NCBI GenBank assembly: GCA_003250355.1
Contig: QKGS01000087.1
Span: 1,608 to 65,607, forward strand
From: Bacteroidota bacterium
Lineage (GTDB): Bacteria > Bacteroidota > Bacteroidia > Bacteroidales > SZUA-534
Direction: 5' to 3'
DNA: 64,000 nucleotides
The number at the start of each line of letters is the position of its first letter. Position 1 is the stretch's first letter. The notes beneath the pieces were generated by a model. That model saw nothing but the letters and a program-made list of their open reading frames with translations, was not told where the DNA came from and searched no databases. The position numbers and the translations under genes were made by a program. Positions 59,301 through 64,000 of this stretch are shown here, in pieces.

Positions 59301-61364
59301 ATTTGTTCCTGCAATACTTCCTGTTCCTGTCCAGTTTAGTATATATGCACCCGTACCGTTACTTGCAGTTAATGTAACACTACCTGTATTCTGACCATTC
59401 GATAATACATTATTAACCAGTTCACTAACTATTGGCTTAGGATTTATTACTGTAGTATATGGCGAAGCAGTACTCCAAATACAACCGTAATTGTCAATAT
59501 ATGAGTAAGAAACCGATTTTGTTGATGCTCCCGATAAAATAGTATCATTATATAATGCCGGGGTAAAGCTTGCTGTTCCATTGCCATTATCGGTAACAAA
59601 ATTATGCGTACTTGTAAACACTCCGGTATTGAATGTTGGCACTCCCACTAGGTTTACAATAATATCGTTATTCTGACAATACTCTGCTCCCAAATTTTGA
59701 ATTGTTACTGCCGGTTTTGCAACAAAAGTATATTTAACCTCGTTACTGTAAGCCACGTCGCTATTTGCTTGTACCCTGCGTCTGAACCATGTATCTTTGG
59801 TTATTACCCTTCCGGTAAATGTTATCGATACCGAATTAGCCGAAGCTGCATCAACTGTCCATCCGGTCGATGCTGTTTTGGTTTCCCATATATATGTTAC
59901 ACCGCTGTTTGGAACTCCGCCCGAAGCAGCAGATACATTTACAAGTTGAAAATCAATAGCTACCCCCTGGCAATATGCTGAGTCGGTAACCGAATTTACT
60001 ATTTCAATAGTTCCTCCCAACAAATCGGTAGGTTCGGTAACTTTTACAGTATCAGATACTGAACAATCGTTATTATCTATTACCTTATAATTAAAAATTC
60101 CTGCATATAGCAAATTCTTAATCAATGGTGTTACTGTAGTAGTATCGCTACCCCAAATGTATTTGTAAGGTGGTGTTCCGTTCAATGCAGTAAGTGTAAC
60201 TGAACCAGTATTGGTAGCATAACTATTGGCAGATGTTGTTGCCTCAGTAACATTCAATGCCGGAGTATTTGAAATACTAACAGTTTCAACCTCACTACAA
60301 CCATTGGCATCGGTTACGGTAACATTATATGCTCCTGCCAAAAGATTGGTGCGGGTACTGAGTGTCGAAGCATTGGGCCATAAAAATGTAAACCCTCCAA
60401 TACCTCCGGTTGCAGTTACCGTTGCTGCACCATCGGCTTTACCGCTACAAGCATTTTTAAGTAAAGTATTACCTGTTACTATTGCACTATTCTCGGGCGA
60501 TGTTGTAATAGTGTAAACTTTACAACCTCCTGTTCCGGTAACCTGGCACATATATGTTGTTTGGGGATGTAACGACGTTGCTGTATCGCTGGTTGATGCC
60601 GATATATTGTTCCATAAATACGACGTAACTCCCGATATATTATTCACCTTGGCTATACCGTTATTCTGTCCGCCGCTGCACGATATTTTTCGCTCTGTTA
60701 TACTTGCGTTAAATGTTGGATTATCTTCCTGCACTGTTACCGTTTCTTCGTATTTACACCCATTATTATCAATTATCGAGCATACATATACCCCTGACAA
60801 TAAACTTGTTGCATTGTAAGCTGTAGATGTTACAGCAACCTGGCTTCCGTTAATTGAATATGTATAATTAGCAGCTCCATTTGCCGGAGCTATATTAATA
60901 ATACCATTGTTCAACCCTTTACAAGTAATATCAGTTGGTGTAACTGCTGCATTCAGTAATCCTATCCACTCTATTGAATACTCATTGCTTTGAACTGCAT
61001 CGGCATGAACTATTCGTATATATGCATCGGCAGCTCCTACCGAAACTGCGGTATCTAAAAAAAATGAAATATCGTTCGATGCTTTGTGATAAATAGTATC
61101 GCCACTTGCATCGTTTTGCTGAATAGTTATAGTATCGCCTGCCATAATGCCCATATGACGAATATTGAGCATTGCATTGGTTATACCTGCCGGAGCATTA
61201 ATATTTACAATTTTCACTCCTGCTGAAGCTCCATCTTCAATAATAACATTACACTTGTTATTCTGATTAGTAGTGCCCGATGATATATATACTATACCAT
61301 AAGTATTATACATAGCAAAAACAGACAGTATTAGGGCTAATACTTTATAGTAATTTTTTTTCAT
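53376..61364 (-). CDS. Giant (2662 aa) T9SS-secreted multidomain surface protein (SprB-like repeats, Ig-like/PKD domains, jelly-roll domain, Omp28-like domain, type A CTD)
   Basis: Signal peptide; SprB-like GG..P/TF.W...L.AG.Y.V.V.DANGC repeats; many C..YC / SGG.F.G Ig-like units; PKD YIWNFGD..HSYADTGTY.V; C-terminal MYPNPASSY..LNVSALQDGLYYI..KKLIK. Confidence 0.88.
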   Translation of the reverse strand: MKKNYYKVLALILSVFAMYNTYGIVYISSGTTNQNNKCNVIIEDGASAGVKIVNINAPAGITNAMLNIRHMGIMAGDTITIQQNDASGDTIYHKASNDISFFLDTAVSVGAADAYIRIVHADAVQSNEYSIEWIGLLNAAVTPTDITCKGLNNGIINIAPANGAANYTYSINGSQVAVTSTAYNATSLLSGVYVCSIIDNNGCKYEETVTVQEDNPTFNASITERKISCSGGQNNGIAKVNNISGVTSYLWNNISASTSDTATSLHPQTTYMCQVTGTGGCKVYTITTSPENSAIVTGNTLLKNACSGKADGAATVTATGGIGGFTFLWPNASTLSTRTNLLAGAYNVTVTDANGCSEVETVSISNTPALNVTEATTSANSYATNTGSVTLTALNGTPPYKYIWGSDTTTVTPLIKNLLYAGIFNYKVIDNNDCSVSDTVKVTEPTDLLGGTIEIVNSVTDSAYCQGVAIDFQLVNVSAASGGVPNSGVTYIWETKTASTGWTVDAASANSVSITFTGRVITKDTWFRRRVQANSDVAYSNEVKYTFVAKPAVTIQNLGAEYCQNNDIIVNLVGVPTFNTGVFTSTHNFVTDNGNGTASFTPALYNDTILSGASTKSVSYSYIDNYGCIWSTASPYTTVINPKPIVSELVNNVLSNGQNTGSVTLTASNGTGAYILNWTGTGSIAGTNPFSIGTLTAGIYSYEIKDSKNCKYTDTVKVTEPTDLLGGTIEIVNSVTDSAYCQGVAIDFQLVNVSAASGGVPNSGVTYIWETKTASTGWTVDAASANSASITFTGRVITKDTWFRRRVQANNDVAYSNEVKYTFVAKPVLKVFNLGAAYCQNNESVIDIVGVPSGAGSSFTSTHSFLTDNGDGTATFSPSLYTDSTIVTPQTKQVVYNYTDSYGCQWNTGATYSTVINPKPAQPYFDLPEKLSKSDTSHQIEGIVPGGGVFTGEAITAGGFINMMVLNEANYTYKYTVGNGYGCTNSYSANTSIVAGAGSFFDTDGGDPLKTYFCKGADSASIFAQPTETVTEYIGYVTASGTPESRITWKAYADSASGSFDPNDFTEDVYIVRFQYKSNASVLTIEKEIRFVDMRNTAQINDLSSKYCASLSILQITAPNVKTNETGIFSGTGIFNPIGNRADFNIGTFNTTDSVSTTVKYLLTDNTSGCKDSVLQNVKIYALPEVGFYVKDTFFVQGEEVSFTSVNPAAGGVFTGEGVGYLQTSFNPKEAGLGEHNIKFTFDEPHGTLVCKNDTVRKVLVEKYRGTIGGIPSDSILCGDEEPIKVYYTKEAGYAYSNGYFVFNSDTVYGDTLQIDPTVLKSANNYIIKYVYTGSDAQTKFWIDKKIYIDDIGDLKIMGLESSYCRYSLSDTIWCNAKSTEISRNGLFTFDDGRNDQDGLYLLIDANKGKAKINPADVIAETNKIYFTYNSPKIFNTNVSTCSKRDSAMLIVYDAPVASFNIRDNYNVEESADTLLGLPSGGKFDLYGKNIYTADSVFNPKTANSGSGEKTINVSYAYTNPITGCSDTVIHTTVVENATGYFEPFGTNGSYCYYDANYQLVIADTSNSNGAGGLYSGAGISAAGIFNPVTAYNILNTGTDTLVTVPLVFEYKGRDNITTFYIHDTAYVINNGDVEILNLADTSFCANGDTVHLSATRSGGVFSGNAIANTIGIFNPKLIVTNVTTTTRVTYTYDDPSGACSQIVKIVDIEIRKIPEINIQANTSICANSTLQTFSALPSGGTFTSDLLLNTISANSVTYLPTTTNVGINNIYYSYYDPVLECSNTDSLPITVNAIPNLEIIGFTDTSYCKESGTVSLQGMYNSTIALKGDFNNIPVINNGTANDGKAVFNPTIEGRHTVQFTYTDNNGCTNTTDTSVTVHPLPDISISGLTSYVYCENSTEVVPLVGNFTGVSKREVFYVNQLPESRNSFSFEPDKFQPDYNVHFRYEVTDFNGCENTASDSAYIYRIPSMILSVSDKCIADSVQFTLGYDNTKYDIVSYKWSFFALNDPNDAKFAPGADSVARPKVKYSVDGRRTVSLTVEEAKYGCINQKVQDFYFEQTPNASFSWINECLSSGNVEFTPSAPHDPTIYNYIWNFGDNSIQNGHSIQHSYADTGTYNVSFRIQSINSECAHQVNKELTIRPSVKFDVTDKYTQSFEEMHGGWVPESLNNNVQYSWQLGEPSGALIKNALDGNKAYVTNLSGSYNAYEQSAITSPCFDLTGLTRPMISLGLWQDLEKNRDGVVLQYRTNERLGEAGWKNIGDFVTNAGVNWHNSLSVNGLRDISDREGWDGESQKGWIEAKHDLDFLKNQSSVRFRLAFGADDIVQNEGVALDKIRIGNRERKVIVENFTNAMNNIYQITENGISSVTATIPNDVIELQYHAGYPAGDPLYKSYPGAANTRISYYSIAQIPYAVYDGTVKYAYTKADNLSSSTIIKRALKEPVIDIQLEVTKGTSIDIRANIKTDKPDSINNRNLHLLVYIVENNVIVNADNKTLTFNNVVRKMLPDASGTYLKTNWNTNETETLSFNYLLTAENKPNDIVVVAFVQDEDTKEILQAVTSDDRIFEISAKEVFGLTTENGANYIMYPNPASSYVDIAFSRAVANSDKLVLMNQQGALVMEVKPLEGEYFQRLNVSALQDGLYYIMWIHNNEQIVKKLIKAE
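58885..60053. repeat. Near-identical 341-bp intragenic duplication (58885-59225 and 59713-60053, period 828 bp)
   Basis: Manual alignment gives about 9 substitutions in 341 bp. The protein repeat VKVTEPTDLLGG...EVKYTFVAKP occurs twice. Confidence 0.9.
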
Positions 61365-61590
61365 GATATATCTTAATTAATAATACAAAATTCTGCTCTT
61401 AAAATATGCAAGTTATTGAAAAACAATATTATAATCAATAACAGATAAATATCAAACTCAATATTTTTACCGACGTATTATTTTCATAAATGAACATACA
61501 AACCGGCAAATAATTTTACGTACCATAAACAAGTTAAGTTCAATATTTATTAATGATTTAGACTAATAACCAGTATGATGGTACGAACTT

Positions 61591-62766
61591 CTAGTTCGAT
61601 GGTTTAAAAAGTGTAAGCAAACTATTCTCATCGCGGTTCGATGTTCCCAAAATAACAATTTTGCCATTGTCACATACCCCGGCTGTGCCATATTCACTAT
61701 TGTCGGCACCGTAACTTTGTTCGCTAATAATATTTCCACTTATACTACATTTAGTTACCGATATATCGTAACTGCCTAGCTCTGTTTCGTTTGAGCCTAC
61801 CACTGCAATTTCGGAATCATTTAATATTGAAATACATGAAGCATTTTTCGAAAATGCGGTATTTGACTCGGTGTACCAAAACACCTCATCGAAATAAGGG
61901 TTAACCGATGCTATAAAGCGTGCTTTGTTACTTGTACCGCTGATAACACGTTCGCCGCATACATATGTATTGTTGTCGCTAAAAGTAATATCGGTAATAG
62001 TTCCGCTAATATTATATGTAAAATGGTTTGTGAAATTAGCAAACCTGTTTACCGCAAATATTCCTGCTGTTGAAGTAGTACCTATAAAACCGGGAAACTT
62101 TCCTGTAACTATAAAAAAGTCATTCTGCTCATCGTAAATAATTGAATGCACCTCTTGTGGTGAACGCCCGTCTTTCAAGCGGCTTGCTTTTATTATATCG
62201 CCACTTGCAGATACCGATATTGCAAATTTATATACTTCGGTTGCTTCAGGTTCCGAATGCTCACCTACAAGCACAAATGTTCCATCGCTATACTGCCCTA
62301 TGCACTTGCCTGTTTCATTTTGAGTATAATTATATGTTTTATCGAATAGTATTGTACCATCGGTATTCAATACTGCCATATAAAAATCGGTATAGTACAG
62401 TGAATCGTCGGTTTCGTAAGTACCAATAAGAGCCAACCCGTTATTGTTGGTTAGCGGTACAATATCGTATACTTGAAGATTATTCTTTTTTTCAATTCTC
62501 CGCTCCCATATTCTGTTTCCATAATTATCGGTTTTAATTAACAATATGCCGGTTGTTTCCTTATCATCTTTAATATAATTTCCGGTAAGGAAAATATTGT
62601 TATCTAACAAAAACATATCAACAGCACTATTTTCATAAACCCCGCCAAAGAATTTCTGATAGTTATCTTTTTGAAAAGTGCTTGGCTCATTTTTTTTACA
62701 CGACAATAACATAGTTACTAAAAGCAACAACAATACAATATTTTTATTTCCTGTTCGTAAAGTCAT
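61591..62766 (-). CDS. Lipoprotein with beta-propeller-like repeats
   Basis: Lipobox LLSC; repeated LLIKTDNYGNRIW / YMAVLNTDGTILF / VTKCSISGNII units. Confidence 0.75.
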   Translation of the reverse strand: MTLRTGNKNIVLLLLLVTMLLSCKKNEPSTFQKDNYQKFFGGVYENSAVDMFLLDNNIFLTGNYIKDDKETTGILLIKTDNYGNRIWERRIEKKNNLQVYDIVPLTNNNGLALIGTYETDDSLYYTDFYMAVLNTDGTILFDKTYNYTQNETGKCIGQYSDGTFVLVGEHSEPEATEVYKFAISVSASGDIIKASRLKDGRSPQEVHSIIYDEQNDFFIVTGKFPGFIGTTSTAGIFAVNRFANFTNHFTYNISGTITDITFSDNNTYVCGERVISGTSNKARFIASVNPYFDEVFWYTESNTAFSKNASCISILNDSEIAVVGSNETELGSYDISVTKCSISGNIISEQSYGADNSEYGTAGVCDNGKIVILGTSNRDENSLLTLFKPSN

Positions 62767-62770
62767 TATG

Positions 62771-63811
62771 TTATTTCTTTATGTGTCTGTAAAATTCGTA
62801 ATTGTAACTAATATAGAAGTAAACACTCGATAATCGAAAATGGTTATCGCGATAACGATTTACCCACTGCAATCGGTTTACAACATCGGAATTTGCATTG
62901 GTATTAACCATATTATTTAATCCGTACTTATAGCGTAACCCCATTTGCAAATAACTGCGGTTAAGTCGCAATTTCGATGAAATACCTGCCAATGCTGAGA
63001 AGCTTCCTCTTTTTCTTATGGTATTGGTAGTATAAGGCGATTCGGTATAATCGGGGGTACTACCATTTATATAAGTATTGGTAATATCGAGTGTTCCTCC
63101 GGTATAAATACCAAAAACCATTCCTGCTTCTGCAAAAAGCTGAGCATATTTGAAATTCCATATTCCGTAACTTCCAACTACCGGTATATCAATAAAACGG
63201 ATAACCTCTTCGGCTTGAATAAGTTCATTGTCGGTAACAGACTCCGACAATTTAAAATTTGAACTTACAAATGAAGGTTCAAGTGCTAAATCAATTTTAG
63301 GACTAAAATGATAAACCATTCTAATACCACCTGAAATACCTATTGCATTTTTTGAATAGTTGGCATTTATTTCATTAAATGCATTTGACCCTATTGGCTC
63401 AATTAACCCCGGGTATGTATAGTTAAACCCGCCAATACCACCAACTGAAAATAGTGGTTCTGTCTCTATTGAGTTATATATTCTTACGTATTCCAATGGG
63501 TCTACCGATGTGTTTGGCTTGTATTCGGGATCGGTTTTTAATAATTTAAGTAAATACTCCTCAGCCAAAATCTGATTATCTTCATTCAAATACACTAATG
63601 CCAATAAACGATATGCTCGTATTTTTTGTTCCTTACCAAATCCACTCTCAATACAGTTTGTTATTAAGTCGGGAATAAGTTCAATTTTACCATCGTTATA
63701 AAGTATTTCGGCTTCCTGTAAACGAACAACACAATCATCTTGTGAATACAATAGCACAGTATTGAATATAATTGTTGTTACAAATGTTATTATGTGCAAA
63801 TACTTAATCAT
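62771..63811 (-). CDS. Outer-membrane beta-barrel (PorT/porin-family-like) with an N-terminal TPR-like domain
   Basis: Signal peptide ending LYS-Q; helical A..LYNDG..AYRLLALVYL..LLKTDPEY region; barrel with FIDIP and GLRYKYGL; terminal ISYNY. Confidence 0.7.
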   Translation of the reverse strand: MIKYLHIITFVTTIIFNTVLLYSQDDCVVRLQEAEILYNDGKIELIPDLITNCIESGFGKEQKIRAYRLLALVYLNEDNQILAEEYLLKLLKTDPEYKPNTSVDPLEYVRIYNSIETEPLFSVGGIGGFNYTYPGLIEPIGSNAFNEINANYSKNAIGISGGIRMVYHFSPKIDLALEPSFVSSNFKLSESVTDNELIQAEEVIRFIDIPVVGSYGIWNFKYAQLFAEAGMVFGIYTGGTLDITNTYINGSTPDYTESPYTTNTIRKRGSFSALAGISSKLRLNRSYLQMGLRYKYGLNNMVNTNANSDVVNRLQWVNRYRDNHFRLSSVYFYISYNYEFYRHIKK

Positions 63812-64000
63812 TATGTGCCGGAATATTATCTATAGTTTTTTGATATTCAATGTCTTTACCCACATACCTGTTCCACTCCTCTTGAGTCAGATTGTCTTTT
63901 ATCATTGCTTTTATTTTTATAGCAATAGAATCGCTTTCTGTTTGCCACTTTCTAATTTTACCATCGGCATAACCTATAAGCAATTGATTTCCATTATTTA
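63804..64000 (-). CDS. C-terminal end of a WD40-repeat protein (STAND/nSTAND1-WD40-type tail), truncated by the window edge
   Basis: Minus-strand frame from 63998 reads NNGNQLLIGYADGKIRKWQ...KDNLTQEEWNRYVGKDIEYQKTIDNIPAHND*. This is a WD blade plus the NLT.EEW..YVG..I.Y..T tail typical of these proteins. It overlaps the next start by 8 nt and is not in the ORF track. Confidence 0.6.
   Translation of the reverse strand, partial: NNGNQLLIGYADGKIRKWQTESDSIAIKIKAMIKDNLTQEEWNRYVGKDIEYQKTIDNIPAHND

Noticed and set aside
58941-59981. Two similar plus-strand ORFs (58941-59153 and 59697-59981) suggesting a repeated small gene
   Set aside because: They are simply the antisense reading of the intragenic duplication in the giant protein.
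1-64000. rRNA, tRNA, prophage or integrative element
   Set aside because: No cloverleaf or rRNA-like segments, integrase, phage structural genes or conjugation genes were recognised by eye. A tRNAscan or Infernal run would be needed to exclude small RNAs formally.

Overview
AT-rich chromosomal window, most likely from an anaerobic Bacteroidota (Bacteroidales/Marinilabiliales-like). The evidence is type IX secretion (T9SS) C-terminal domains, TAnnTTTG promoters, a TonB-dependent receptor paired with a DUF4249-like lipoprotein, and PFOR. From left to right: (1) a decaying cluster of secreted zinc-metalloprotease/T9SS-cargo genes (1-4246); (2) nifJ/PFOR and a degenerate AAA ATPase; (3) a six-gene operon of unknown function: PqqD/RRE protein, ATP-grasp ligase, fold-III PLP decarboxylase with a leader-peptide-like N-terminus, urea-transporter/M23 fusion, outer-membrane protein and TPR protein, preceded by three phased palindromes (9426-16867). 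This operon is the best candidate for an undescribed system. (4) An attenuated his operon (hisG-D-C-NB-purU-H-A-F-IE) interrupted by an orphan antitoxin, a RAYT-type transposase with REP-like palindromes, and a four-helix-bundle gene; (5) a T9SS serine protease, a hybrid kinase with a degenerate ATP-binding domain, nth, dnaA, LysM and OmpA proteins, an RprXY-like two-component system, serB, a TonB receptor pair, cdd, tilS, an MBL hydrolase and a methyltransferase; (6) a minus-strand operon of a WD40 protein (truncated by the window edge), a TPR/beta-barrel protein, a lipoprotein and a 2662-aa T9SS surface protein with an internal duplication. I found no rRNA, tRNA or CRISPR array. All family assignments come from motif recognition by eye, not from database searches.
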